Source: a virus. From it: 64,000 nucleotides of DNA. Numbering within the stretch: the first letter of the stretch is position 1; the number at the start of each line of letters is the position of its first letter. Of the stretch, positions 9,665 through 21,639 are shown piece by piece. The notes beneath the pieces were generated by a model that was not told the origin of the DNA, ran no database searches, and worked only from the letters and a program-made list of their open reading frames with translations. Position numbers and translations under genes: made by a program. The stretch lies in IMG/VR virus record IMGVR_UViG_3300024999_000049, positions 32,001 through 96,000 of that record. One strand, given 5' to 3'.

Positions 9665-10123
9665 TTATTTATTTTCATTCTTATTATTAATGATAATATA
9701 CCTTGCTCTTACATCTGCCCAAGCTAATTTCTCATCATTAAACAACCTACTAATTTCCGTAGCTAATTTAGCAGCAGAATCAAAACCACTAAAAGTCTTT
9801 GCTATTATGAAAGTTTCTCTTTCTTTTATATCAACTCCCGTCTTCCAATTTTTAACTGCAATGATGTCAACATGAATGTAATGTCCTTCATTGTCTCCAA
9901 TGACCGGATAAGCTGCTATCCATTGACCATAAGGAAAATCCTTTCCATATAAATCATGATCAAGATGAAAATAATCTAAATTATCTAAAAACTTCTGATT
10001 TTTTAAGATTCCTTTAACCTGTTCAAATACTTCTTCAGCCTTAATCATTCCAACTTGACGAAAATAACCTGGTTTCTCAGGTATGTCTTCCCAAATCTCA
10101 GTTTTAATTGTTTCAGTTATCAT
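9665..10123 (-). CDS. Hypothetical protein
   Basis: AGGAGG RBS; stop codon inside the site at 9651. Confidence 0.7.
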   Translation of the reverse strand: MITETIKTEIWEDIPEKPGYFRQVGMIKAEEVFEQVKGILKNQKFLDNLDYFHLDHDLYGKDFPYGQWIAAYPVIGDNEGHYIHVDIIAVKNWKTGVDIKERETFIIAKTFSGFDSAAKLATEISRLFNDEKLAWADVRARYIIINNKNENK

Positions 10124-10314
10124 TTGTTAATCCTCCTATTACCAATCAAATTTTCTCTGTCTAGTAAATCCATAAACTAGACTATTATTTAATCTAATAC
10201 AACCCTTACATCTATTATAAAAATATGGTGTGCATCTACCATCTTCGGTTGTCTCCTTGCATCCTTCCATAATTTTATTATATGTCGTTTGTCTAAGCGG
10301 AGCCAACAACAATA

Positions 10315-10671
10315 TTAATCACCATCCCATATTCCATCTGGCCTACATGCGGCAAAATATAATAGTCCATTAAGCGCTCTTTTTGCATTTCCCTCAGTAG
10401 ACTTCCAATAATCAGGATCAACATCATTATTGAGTTTTAAAATAGCTTCGGTTAAAATATTTAAGCTCTCGGCTCCTGTCATACCGTATATAATTCTAAT
10501 ACCTTTTGGTCCTAAGACTTTTCTGAATTGATCACTATAATTATAAGTGATATTTAACCAAGCTTTATCTGTACCAAACATAGCATATGTTCCACCGGTA
10601 ACATTATGCACTTCATTAAACTTTACTACTTCACCAGTATTAGAATCATTTAGATAAACATCATAACTCAT
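10315..10671 (-). CDS. Conserved phage protein (MSYD...NITYNY family)
   Basis: Family motif and AGGAG RBS. Confidence 0.7.
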   Translation of the reverse strand: MSYDVYLNDSNTGEVVKFNEVHNVTGGTYAMFGTDKAWLNITYNYSDQFRKVLGPKGIRIIYGMTGAESLNILTEAILKLNNDVDPDYWKSTEGNAKRALNGLLYFAACRPDGIWDGD

Positions 10672-10783
10672 ATTATCTCTCCTTATAAAATTAATTTTTA
10701 TTAACTTGTTTTAGAAAATACCTAATCAACTATCAAAATAAATGTTATAATATATTTATAAATATTTTTTGAGGTGATATAAA

Positions 10784-10963
10784 ATGAAAGATCTTAACAC
10801 AATAAGAAAAGCAGGAATAGAAGCCTTGGTAAAAGCATTGGGTCCAGTTGGAGCCGCATGTTTTCTCCGTCAATACGAGATGGGTGAGGGAGACTACACA
10901 AAAGAACGTCATGAACTGCTAAAAGATGTAACTCTTGATGAAATAAAACGTAGCCTTGAATAA
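10784..10963 (+). CDS. 59-aa protein resembling the small partner genes of PIN-toxin pairs; only clear plus-strand gene in the left arm
   Basis: MKDLNTIRKAGIEALVKALGPVGAACFLRQYEMGEGDYTKERHELL...; GAGGTG RBS; TGTTATAAT extended -10 upstream. Confidence 0.7.
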   Translation: MKDLNTIRKAGIEALVKALGPVGAACFLRQYEMGEGDYTKERHELLKDVTLDEIKRSLE

Positions 10964-10972
10964 AATTAGTTT

Positions 10973-11266
10973 TTATTCGAATTCAATCTTGGTCCATCCA
11001 ACTGAATCACAATAATATGTTGCTCCATTTATTGCAATAACATCACTTATAGATAGTGATCTACCCCTATAATCTTTTGGATGATTAATATTAAAAATTT
11101 CAAATAATTTTTCTAAAGCATGTAACTCGGACTCTTCTTTAATTTGTCCTGTATAAACAAGATTATAATCTAATACTTTTGGTTTAATACCATCTCTTAG
11201 CCCCATAAAGGCATAGTCAATTTCTCTTGTGTTTGTTATTTGATAAATTGCATATCGAAATATCAT
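10973..11266 (-). CDS. YodL domain protein
   Basis: YAIYQ...LEKLFEIFNINHPKDYRGRSLSISDVI...YYCDSVGW. Confidence 0.85.
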   Translation of the reverse strand: MIFRYAIYQITNTREIDYAFMGLRDGIKPKVLDYNLVYTGQIKEESELHALEKLFEIFNINHPKDYRGRSLSISDVIAINGATYYCDSVGWTKIEFE

Positions 11267-11305
11267 TAAATCAACTCCTTAATAAAATCGGACTTTTATC
11301 TTGTT

Positions 11306-14211
11306 TTAACCTGGATAAAAATCATAAGCATATTCCAACTTTACTTTGATATGAATATCACACATCCCATTAACTCCGGTATGTAACATTATACCATCTT
11401 CAAAACTCTCAAAATCTGCTTTGCCAACCATTCCAGATTTGATTAGTTCTACAATATTATCTTTATTTATTCCTTCATAAATTATCTCCAATGCTCTTTC
11501 TCTAGAAGTTGTTGGCTTTTGATGATATCCTGTTTTATACACATTTGAATTTTGTTCCATAACACACCTCTTATTTTAATAGTTTTTCTTTAAGCTTTTT
11601 AGCCTTTTCAATTTTATCCGTATATTTATTTAGAAAACTAGGGCTTTGATTTAAATATCTCATCATTCCCTCATAACTATTGAAAATTTCAATTAAAAGC
11701 TTTGTTTCGTTTTTAGAAAATTCAATATTCATTTTATTCCTTTCTTAATAAATTCAAGATTTTAATAATTTTTTATTATATCTTCCAGCTCTTTAATAAT
11801 ATAATTAAACCCTGCAATTTTACCTTTACCGTATTCCGATACTCCAAACCATCCTTCTATTGGGGTTTGAATATCTTTAATCTGATCTTCAAGTTTATTA
11901 ATTAAATTAATAATATCTTCTTTCATTTTTCTCACTCCAAATAAATGTAAAATTTTATTGAATTTTTATATTGTACAATAGTGCAATTGGAAAGCTAAAT
12001 ATAATTGCCAATATCCCGAATAGTCTTATTAACAAAATAGCCCACAAACGAAGTGGCATTCCTATAACATCTAACATGTTCATAGTTCTATACATTGAAA
12101 CCGAACATCCTTCGTCTTCTGAATAATATTTATCACCCAAACATTTTTTGCAATTATTCATATGCGGATTATCGAACCCGCAACATTCTAACTTTCTAAT
12201 TTCTTTAATTTTCCCAATGATCCAAAGTATATCGTGAATTAATGAACTTTTAGGATATTTGAAAAAATCAAGATAATTCTTCCACCCATTTTTATTAAAT
12301 ACTATTTGCATACAACACTCCTTTTTGCAAGAAATCCTTCATATTTGAATTGTTATTGTTTTTTATTTTTGCAAGTTTTCCTGCATTAACTTGCAAGCTG
12401 ATGAATTTTTGCTATCGTTATTTTTGAGTCATTTATGAATTCTCTTGGACTCAGGATAAACTCTCGTCTTATTCCTGTTTCATCTAGAAAATGACAACTG
12501 TATAGCAGCTCATCACTTTCAATGTCGAGAACAATTTTTATTTTCATTTTACCAACTCCTTTAATCATTAAATACAATTTCAAATTGTTTTTTAGTCATA
12601 AAAATCACTTCATCACTAGATCTTAAACCACAATAAAAAACAGCTTTCTTAGCTGTTTCCTCAGATGTTTTTATTTTATTATATAGCGCAACCCATTCTT
12701 CTTCGTATCGACCGTTACCAAATTCTCTGGTAAAATCTATTCTTATAATATTTTTTTTTACAAACAATGCCTTCATCCTTTCTTATAAAACTGTTGTTTT
12801 ATATGTTTATTGTTTGTCTAATTGAATTCCATATATATCTTCGATCCATCTTTTTATTTGACCGTCCCAACCCAGGAATCCTTCCCATTCACATACTTCT
12901 CTAAATGCTTTTTTAGGAGAATAATTATTAAATCTTTCATCCATACTTGTGTCTGTTTCTTCCAAATCTTCTCTTTGTCTTAATCTTCTTAAAATATGTT
13001 CTGGATATTTATCCATACTAAATACTCCTTTCAATAACAGATAAAATTTATCTTTTATTTGATTCACAATATTTTTCATCAATTTCATAATTATCACATG
13101 TTTTCCCATCTTTATCACATGTAATAACCCAATGATTTTCTCGACAAAGTTTTAAATTTTCACATTTCATACAATTGATTAATGTTGTTATTGCTTGATC
13201 CGGTTGCAACATCGCTTCTGGCCTATTCATAGTCTACGCCCCTTCCTAAATAAAATACGGATCTTATTGCAATCTCTGTTTAGATATTTCACTTGCCGTA
13301 CTTAATATTTTATTTTTAATCATATCGAAATAAAAATCATTACCGCCTGAAGCTTTTGGAACCTTGAATTTATTAAAGATATCTCTAATTTCTAAATCTG
13401 TTAATCCATATAATTTCAACTGATCTACAAGAGTAGCGATTTTCATTTGATATTTATCTATTATGATTTTACCATTCACATTTTTAAATCCATACATATT
13501 TTATATCAACTCCTTATTTATAAAAATACCTATTCATACTACCCTCGTTTTTAAATAGACTACTCTCACAGAAGCTATTTAATTTTGAGTCTTCATTCAA
13601 ACAGAAGCTAATGCCGATAATCTGATTCCGATAATACTCCTTCAGCATATTTAACTTGCCGACTCTCCTGGTAAATTGAATGGCATTATCGGCCTTTATG
13701 CATTTCTTCAAATCAGATATTTCTTCATTGAGTTTATCAATACAAGATTGCATTTTATCTCTGCATCTTTTAATATCATCAACGTTCCTCATTTAATTTC
13801 CTCCATAATTTCTTTATAAGCAGGACAATCAACTTCCCAGGGATTCATTTTATATCCATCATGTTTTGTGCAACTACAACAAACACACATTTTATCTGTA
13901 AGCTTACATTTTATAGGGTTTAATTCATTATCTATTAATATGAAAGCATTCGCACATTTTATCATATAGCTCTCCTTCCGAATAAATTCGAACTTTTATT
14001 ATATTTTGTCATTTGTTACTTCACAAATAGTAAGCTCATATTCTCTCGTAAATTCTTTTGATGGAATTTTAATTAATATACCCAATCCTCCGAACATGCC
14101 GCTCTCAGTATAAAGTTGAACATTTGTATTTGGTAAATATTTAGCAAGTATCGAAGAAACTTCCCTCATAACATCATCAGTTCTTATAACATTATTGTGA
14201 GGTCTTACCAT
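11306..14211 (-). other. Run of small hypothetical phage genes (11306-11560, 11955-12311, 12386-12583, 12561-12776, 12807-13118, 13048-13230, 13264-13497, 13514-13792, 13999-14211 and shorter ones)
   Basis: Co-oriented ORFs with strong RBSs, many bounded by ATAAAA-N6-TTTTAT sites. Confidence 0.65.
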
Positions 14212-14245
14212 AATAATATCTCCAATTCTTTATAAAACATTAGAT

Positions 14246-14845
14246 TTATTCACTTTTGCTTTTATCGTCCATCTCTTTTAACTCAAAAGACACTTGATAT
14301 TTTTTAGATTTTAATATTATACCAGCTAAACTCATCATTCTTTCTTGTAGTTCCTCTCCAGTCATTTCGCTAACTAACCTTAAAGAAAATCTACTATCAA
14401 TAATATCAATTTTAGTTTTCTTTTCCACAACTTCTTCCTCATTTTTCATAATATTTTTCTTTGGAACTTTAGGCTCACTTGCCTTAACATTTTTCGCTGT
14501 GTTCTTAGCCCTCCAATACATATCATGAATACTCTGAATTTTAATTTCAAAATGTTTAGCTAACTCTTTTCTATTGCCAAATTTCTTTGTTAAAGCATCA
14601 ATAGCAGCCATTCTTTCTTTATGATCTAAGGCCACTAAATCCTTGTAAGTTATGTTATCATAAACATTAGACACTGTAACACCTCCACTAAGTTTATCTT
14701 TTTCTTTTTTCGTAAGATAGTCAGAAGAGAATCTTACTTTACCTGAATATTTTCTATTTCCTCGATATTTAACATTCCTCCCAATAATTTTCTTTTCCTT
14801 AATCTCATCATTAAACATTTTTTCAATATCATCTTTTGTATCCAT
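14246..14845 (-). CDS. Basic phage protein with possible central HTH
   Basis: NRKELAKHFEIKIQSIHDM is HTH-like. Confidence 0.55.
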   Translation of the reverse strand: MDTKDDIEKMFNDEIKEKKIIGRNVKYRGNRKYSGKVRFSSDYLTKKEKDKLSGGVTVSNVYDNITYKDLVALDHKERMAAIDALTKKFGNRKELAKHFEIKIQSIHDMYWRAKNTAKNVKASEPKVPKKNIMKNEEEVVEKKTKIDIIDSRFSLRLVSEMTGEELQERMMSLAGIILKSKKYQVSFELKEMDDKSKSE

Positions 14846-14849
14846 AGTC

Positions 14850-15218
14850 CTAGATGCTCAGTAACATTATTAATGCATTCCTGGTTACAAGGTTGTGAGA
14901 ATTATTAATATTGTTTTGTACGACAAACACCAGAACAGATTTAATAAAAGCTCTTTGAGATTCTCTTGTACTAATATTCTCAAAATTGTCAAGATAATCT
15001 ATCATTTCTTGATATGTGACATGCAGCACGTTTTTATTGATTGCTGTACAAAATCGAATAAATGCAGACTTATAATTATTAAACTTCAATAATGTCTGCT
15101 TATCATCCCCAGGAAATTTCGCAGCTTTAAATGCTCCAAGATATACTTTATTTATTCCAAGTTCATCAGGTATGGTTGATCTGTTATCCCAATACTCCAT
15201 ATTCTTTTTCACTATCAA
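14850..15218 (-). CDS. Stand-alone integrase SAM-like (core-binding) domain protein
   Basis: NNYKSAFIRFC...VTYQEMIDYL...STRESQRAFIKSVL pattern; similar to the C-half of 20365-20910. Confidence 0.55.
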   Translation of the reverse strand: MIVKKNMEYWDNRSTIPDELGINKVYLGAFKAAKFPGDDKQTLLKFNNYKSAFIRFCTAINKNVLHVTYQEMIDYLDNFENISTRESQRAFIKSVLVFVVQNNINNSHNLVTRNALIMLLSI

Positions 15219-16374
15219 TCACCTCCAACTAATTATACAATAAAAATCTTATTTTACCCATTTTCAATTCCGTCTTCATCCAGTATCATACTAAACCGAG
15301 CTATGGTTATTTTAAAAGTATCTGCTGCACTTTCTAACCATTCAAGGCTTTTTACTCCCTTTAATAAAAATTCTAATTTCTTAATCAAATATAAAGCATT
15401 ATCAAAAATTTCCACTTTGGAATTACTCACTGTTATCATTTTACATGCTTCATTTTTTATCAAATACATACATTCATTTATAATAAAATTAGCATGTGAG
15501 GATATATCTGGTTCAAACAACTCTTCATTAGTTATTTGCCATTTGGCAACATCAACTTGTTTATCCATCCATTTTGTAAAATCTTCATACTTCATAGTGT
15601 GTACTCCTTTTTATTTTTAATTTTACAATAATTCGGAATATTATAAAAGAATAATTTTATTTATTTAAAACTTTTGATAAAATTCAATACTGCTTCCATG
15701 TTACTTTTTAGCTCAGCCAGTTTATGATAATCAATATCATTCCGATTATCATTTAAATGTTGAGCAAATAATATTAAATCACATTTTAAACTTACCATTG
15801 TTTCATTTATATCCATATTTAACTCCTTTCTTTGAAAATAAAATCCGTCTTTCATTTTCCTTTTAAATAAGTAATCCTTTTATTGCTGTGCCGATTAATA
15901 CTAAACTCAAAACACTTAAAAATCCAAATTCTTTATACCCATATAAATGATGTACATATATTTTTTGATAAGTTTTTATAGTTAAGAAGATACAAAATGT
16001 AGATAAAAATATCCCAAATAATAAAATGGCTATACAAAGAATTTTCCATAGTAATAACATATATGTTTCCTCCTCCAATTAAAATACGTTTTTTATTTAC
16101 TTTTCTTCAATCTATTTTCTTCTCTTGCAAGAGGAACCCAAATAGAATATAGTTCCGTTCTTTTCTTTTCAAATTCTTCATTAATTGCAATAATCTTTCT
16201 ATTTCTATCTTCTTCAAGTTTTTTTATTGCATCTTCAACTTCTTTAATCTTAATTTTCAATTCTTCATATTCCATTTGATTCACTTCCTTATAAAATTCA
16301 CAATTCGAGTACTTTTATTATATACTAAAATTTATAATAAAGCAAACTGTAATATTAATTATTACTATATTAAC

Positions 16375-16931
16375 TTAATTATTGCCTTTGTACTCTCCAT
16401 AATATTTTTCACGCATTTCTTCTGCAAATATACCAGCCTGATGTACATCACCAAATTTACCTAACATAGTATTTTTACCTTCTTGTAATTGAACACAAAA
16501 TAATCCTTCAATTTCAGATACATTTCTATACCCTGTCTTATTGTTTTTATTTTTATCTCCTCTATGTTGTAAATTTTTATTATTCTTGGTACAACGTAAA
16601 TTTGACTCTAAATTATTCAATGTATTATGACCTTCATGGTCTACGTATATTTCTGGATTGTGTTCAGGATTCATTATTTCAATATGTAAATATCTTGACC
16701 TTCCATGACGTTTTCCATCTTCTCCTGTATATCTTTCACATGCCATTGCATAATATGTTCCTGTGTTTGGAGCATATCTTAAATGCCAATGTAAATCTAG
16801 GTCTTTAATTCTTTTTAAATTCTTAGTATCAATAGGTGTTTCAAATTTTTCTTTCTTTCGATTATAAAGAAATATTACGGCAATTTCCCCTCTAATCTCA
16901 TAATCATTAAAGGTAATTTAGGTGGTGCTAT
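16375..16931 (-). pseudogene. HNH-AP2 homing endonuclease-like gene, apparently frameshifted near the 5' end
   Basis: VDH..HNTLNN..SNLR HNH motif, NKTGYRNV AP2-like domain, FNDYEIRGE N-terminus in frame back to ~16912; the RBS-linked ATA at 16931 is out of frame. Confidence 0.6.
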
Positions 16932-17770
16932 TATAATCATCCTTTCTTATATTTGTTTTATTGCTATTTAAACTCTTCGAATCTCGCATTTTAATCACTT
17001 TTATGACATTTATCATGCTTTTTGCAGTTTAAACAAATGTTAGCTTCTCCATCACTATATTTGATAAGTGTTTCACCAAATTCTTCTTTTGAAATTTTAT
17101 TATCTTGCCAACATTTTAACAAATCTTGAATTGCTAGAGAATATTTCTTACATACTGCCATTTTAAAAACCTCACCCTCCCATTAAAACTTGTATTTTAT
17201 TGCCTATTTACTAATCCACATTCCTATTGGAAGTAAACTATCACTTTCAGAATATTTATATTTAACCTTATAGCCTAATTCTTGTACTTTTGCTTCTACA
17301 TGATCAGAATAAAGCATGAATGCAATATCTCCATCTTCTACTATTAACTTTATATCTGTCAAACAGGATGCCTTTTCTCCATGATCTCCACCATGACACA
17401 TTTTACAATTAACAACTACTATTTCAGGCATTTTAACTCTCCTTCTATTTACTTTTATTAACATAATATAAAAACACTTCTTCAATTTCTTTAATATTAT
17501 CTTCTACATACCCTTCTCCATTTGATATAAATGCTAAAGCCTCGGTTGATGGTTCAGAAGAATATTTATTGTCACCAGTTGCATCCAAAACAGAAATATC
17601 AATATCATATTCTTCAAACATATTTGTTAATTCACGCTCTAACATTTTCGCTTTTTCTATTGTCGCTTGTATTTGTCTTAATTTATTTTTAATCTTAACT
17701 GGCATTTGTTTCATGATTAATCACCATCCGTATTTATATATTTTCTTGCATTTGCTTATATGCCCATAGT

Positions 17771-19765
17771 CTAACAATATATCATGCGATTTCCAGATTT
17801 TCTATCATACCAATCTCTTTTAGATTCTATACCAAATTCTTTACACATTTTCACAAATCCTCTTTTTGAAAATCCTATAGAGAATGAAAAATCAAATGAA
17901 TTGCTATTATGATTCCACATCCCAAAATCATTTGATAAAGGATGCTGCAATAAGCTAACAGGATCAATTATGTCTAATATACTATTACCTTGATGATTAT
18001 GTCTTCTTTCCCATCCTTTTATAATTTTAGGAAATGAATCTTCATTCTGATTTAAAATTAATGTTAAGTGCTTATATGATGTTGGATGAAATGTAAAGAA
18101 ACAAGATACAAGAGTATTATTAATAGGACATAAAAATTTACCATCATACCTATATTCATTTTGTCTTTTATTAATAAAAAATTCTGGAGACTGTCTTTCT
18201 GGATAAGATAAATTCTGCTTTGTAATAATTTTATCTAAATCATCATATTCTCCATCTTGAAAACCATAAATATGAGCTAAAACAAGATAAACATAGTTGA
18301 TATTTTCTCTAATCTGTTTTTCATACCATTCAAGAACTTTCTTTTTACCTCCAAAAGACTCCAATTCCTTTTCCATTTCAATAGTTATATGTTTTGCTAA
18401 AGCTTTCCTTGACCACCAATAGTGAATCATTTTTATTCTTTTTTTAGAACCAATCATTTCATGTTCTGTCATAGATTCTATTAAAGGTTTATCAATTTCA
18501 CTTGTATTCGTAACTAATAGTTTTGTATCATTAATATTTTTAAAATCTAAATACCTATTATCAAAATCTGAACCATATAAATCAACGAAAATTTGTTTTT
18601 CATTATTAAATGTACCATAATCCATATATGAATCATTTTCATTTTTTGTATCAAACTCTTTAGAATATTCACCATTTAAGAACTTTTTTTTATCATAAGA
18701 AACGATAATATTATTTTCATATGTTTTAGCTAAAGACGTATTTTTCTGAATTGGTACTAACGAATTATTATTGTTATCTAGCAATTCAGTTGATTTTGTT
18801 TTTAAGATAAGACTATGTACATATGAAAGTCTCTTATTAGGAACTTTACCAACATAGATTTTATTTATAAGGAATATTGCAATTACTATTGGAAGATAAG
18901 CATCTACCCCTAAATTAAAAATAGCAAGATTAGTCTCATCAATAATGTGTTTTGATGCATACCCTTTATAATCATGGCCTTCAAATTTAAAAATATAATC
19001 ATAAGGAAATAATTCATATTGCTTATTCTCAGCATCCCTGTGATTTCTTTTATGACTGTTTTGATCTGGATATCTTTCATCAATTCTTTCTGAGATAGAA
19101 AATATGTTATCTCCATCTTTTATATAAAATCCAAAATACCCATAAGCACTATCATTCATTCTAATATAGCAAAGATATATAGCATCTTTTGCTATATTAA
19201 TAGCCTTTAAACAATCTTCACTGGTTTCAAATACATGAATATATGTATTGAATCCAATGTTACCCTTAAAACATGTTCCTTTTGCATAAATATCATATTT
19301 ACATTTTTCAATACCATCTATAGCAATAGTCATTAATCCTAATAGCTGCTCTGCTGAAACTTCTGATTTAAAATCTCCAATTAATTTTCCATCGGTTACT
19401 TTATCAACAATTTCATTTAATCTCGTCTTAAATGTATTTTCAATCGAAGACATAAACGAACTATTAAAATCATTCCACATATCTTTTGATTCTTCATAAT
19501 CTGAAGGGTCTTGAATTAATTCAAAAAGTGATTTCGGTCTATATTCTTCTAAAACTTTTTTACATAGTTGTTTTGCATATAATGCTGATAAAATTCCAGA
19601 ATCATCATACTCAGAAAGTTTTTCAATCTTTTTATTGCCATCATGAATCCAATAAGAACCTAAGTTAAATCTAGTTTGATCTGGATTATAATTAATAAAT
19701 TTTGCCCATTTATTTAAAATTTCAATTGCATTCATTTCTTTCACCTCTCTTATTTTACCCCACAA
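17771..19765 (-). CDS. Large hypothetical protein (~655 aa; likely start MNAIEIL)
   Basis: Long uninterrupted ORF; GAGGTG RBS before the second ATG. Confidence 0.8.
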   Translation of the reverse strand: MWGKIREVKEMNAIEILNKWAKFINYNPDQTRFNLGSYWIHDGNKKIEKLSEYDDSGILSALYAKQLCKKVLEEYRPKSLFELIQDPSDYEESKDMWNDFNSSFMSSIENTFKTRLNEIVDKVTDGKLIGDFKSEVSAEQLLGLMTIAIDGIEKCKYDIYAKGTCFKGNIGFNTYIHVFETSEDCLKAINIAKDAIYLCYIRMNDSAYGYFGFYIKDGDNIFSISERIDERYPDQNSHKRNHRDAENKQYELFPYDYIFKFEGHDYKGYASKHIIDETNLAIFNLGVDAYLPIVIAIFLINKIYVGKVPNKRLSYVHSLILKTKSTELLDNNNNSLVPIQKNTSLAKTYENNIIVSYDKKKFLNGEYSKEFDTKNENDSYMDYGTFNNEKQIFVDLYGSDFDNRYLDFKNINDTKLLVTNTSEIDKPLIESMTEHEMIGSKKRIKMIHYWWSRKALAKHITIEMEKELESFGGKKKVLEWYEKQIRENINYVYLVLAHIYGFQDGEYDDLDKIITKQNLSYPERQSPEFFINKRQNEYRYDGKFLCPINNTLVSCFFTFHPTSYKHLTLILNQNEDSFPKIIKGWERRHNHQGNSILDIIDPVSLLQHPLSNDFGMWNHNSNSFDFSFSIGFSKRGFVKMCKEFGIESKRDWYDRKSGNRMIYC

Positions 19766-20010
19766 AATAACCAGTTTATTGACTTTCTTATTATTTCTTT
19801 AACCAATGTGTTGGAGTATAATATACATACATACTCATATCTGTCAACCACCACAAATTTCCTTTTCTAATAAGTTCCTGAATATTTCTTTCTCCATACT
19901 TATCAGATAATTTTGTTTTAACAACATTACCTTCGGTTGGTAATTCTTTGCCAACTTCAATCCATTTTTCCATATTATATTCCTCCATATAAAATATCAT
20001 ATTTATAGTT

Positions 20011-20361
20011 TTACCACCATATACTAAAATTCATTTTATCTTTCATAATATTTCTATCTTTTTCATTCGTATTTTTATAACTATCTATAAAGTTTATTAC
20101 TGCTTCTTTGAATGTTTTTCTCTGATTTTCACGCTTTATATATTCTTCAGAATTAGCACATTCATCTTTTATTTCTTCTCTGCTAAAATTAGGGCAATAT
20201 TCTATTTTACATCCACACGAGAATTTTCTTGTTTCCCATCTGCCACCATAACAATGTTCTCTATATTTGTTTTTATCAAACATATTAACTTCTGTAGTTT
20301 CTTCTATTATGAGCGAACAACCACACTTAGGACACTTATCTGTTTTAATATACTTTAACAT
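20011..20361 (-). CDS. Zn-ribbon hypothetical protein
   Basis: CPKCG, HCYG and FSCG motifs. Confidence 0.65.
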   Translation of the reverse strand: MLKYIKTDKCPKCGCSLIIEETTEVNMFDKNKYREHCYGGRWETRKFSCGCKIEYCPNFSREEIKDECANSEEYIKRENQRKTFKEAVINFIDSYKNTNEKDRNIMKDKMNFSIWW

Positions 20362-20364
20362 TTT

Positions 20365-20910
20365 TTATCCTCCCATACCACACCACAAATATATTATCAA
20401 ATCCTTACTTACTTTTCCATATGCTCCGTTAATATCATTCTTAACAATATATTTTAACAAAGCATTAACATGAGCCTGTGCGTTCTTCTTTGTATCCTCA
20501 GAACCTTCTTTCGAGTTAATATACATTTTAATATCATCTGGACTTACAAAACCGCAGTCAAGTCCTCTTAACACTTCAAGAAACATTCCTATGCCTGATC
20601 TATATGCTGCCTTACTTGATTCTTTAACTGCCTCATTGTTCTCAAAAGCATCAAAATATTTCTGATTATCTGAGGATAAAGAATACTGTTTCAATGGCGT
20701 AATATAGTTGTCAGATTTCCAGATTTTAAGGTGTGAAGTATCTACATTATTTTCTTCACATACCTTTTTAACATTCTTCATGTGTGTAGTTACGGTTTTG
20801 TTCATTCCAAGTCTATCCACAACATCAGGATAACTTTTAGAATTAGCTACTACCATTTTAAAATAATCTAGCTGTAATATTTTCCTACCTATATTTATTG
20901 TTTCACTCAT
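20365..20910 (-). CDS. Protein with N-terminal HTH-like and C-terminal integrase SAM-like domain
   Basis: KESSKAAYRSGIGMFLE...VSPDDIKMYI...TKKNAQAHVNALLKY. Confidence 0.55.
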   Translation of the reverse strand: MSETINIGRKILQLDYFKMVVANSKSYPDVVDRLGMNKTVTTHMKNVKKVCEENNVDTSHLKIWKSDNYITPLKQYSLSSDNQKYFDAFENNEAVKESSKAAYRSGIGMFLEVLRGLDCGFVSPDDIKMYINSKEGSEDTKKNAQAHVNALLKYIVKNDINGAYGKVSKDLIIYLWCGMGG

Positions 20911-20965
20911 ATTATTGTCAAGTCCTTTCTTCGTTGGTTTTGTTTAACTTGCTTAGTATGAATAT

Positions 20966-20994
20966 AGTATAGCAAATTTTTATTTCATTGTCAA
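20966..20994 (-). promoter_or_regulatory. Sigma-A promoter (extended -10)
   Basis: TTGACA-17-TATACT with TG at -15/-14. Confidence 0.75.
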
Positions 20995-21018
20995 TAGATT
21001 TTTTAAATATTATTATAT

Positions 21019-21453
21019 TTATTTTGTTAAAACTTCTACTTCTACTTCTTCTTCCTCTTCTTCTTTTTCTCTAAACTTCTCATTAACTTCATGTAATTCA
21101 ACCAATGTATACCAATTCCCTTCTTTATCATGATCTTGTACTTGTAAATTACAGATCATTGATACCATTCTTCTATACACTTTCTCCGCTGCACTAAGAT
21201 GTTCATCCATCCCGCCAAATCCATCAATATGTCTCGGAGATATTTCGTTGATGAAAGTCGACAACTTAAAATATCCAGTATCAATCAATTTCATAAATAG
21301 TTTAGATATCCAATGATATTTACTATCTAATTTTATATGTTCAATATCTCCATATACATTATCGGCTATAACCTTTTCTATTCCTTTTTCTCCGTACCAT
21401 AATTTACAGGCTAATACCAAATCTGATTCCATTTTATCTAATTTAAGTGCCAT
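21019..21453 (-). CDS. Hypothetical protein with acidic tail
   Basis: GAGG RBS; poly-Glu C-terminus. Confidence 0.7.
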   Translation of the reverse strand: MALKLDKMESDLVLACKLWYGEKGIEKVIADNVYGDIEHIKLDSKYHWISKLFMKLIDTGYFKLSTFINEISPRHIDGFGGMDEHLSAAEKVYRRMVSMICNLQVQDHDKEGNWYTLVELHEVNEKFREKEEEEEEVEVEVLTK

Positions 21454-21639
21454 ATGTATACCTCACCTTTCAATGCCCAACTTCATTCTTAATCTCATTA
21501 CCAATCCTTTTATATGATCTGCCTGAAGAAATACTTTATCACATTCATTAATATCTCTCAGGATTCCATTCGCTTGTTGTTCAATTGCACTCAATAAAAA
21601 TTCTATATCCATATTCATAATCACTTCGAATCCTTTCTT

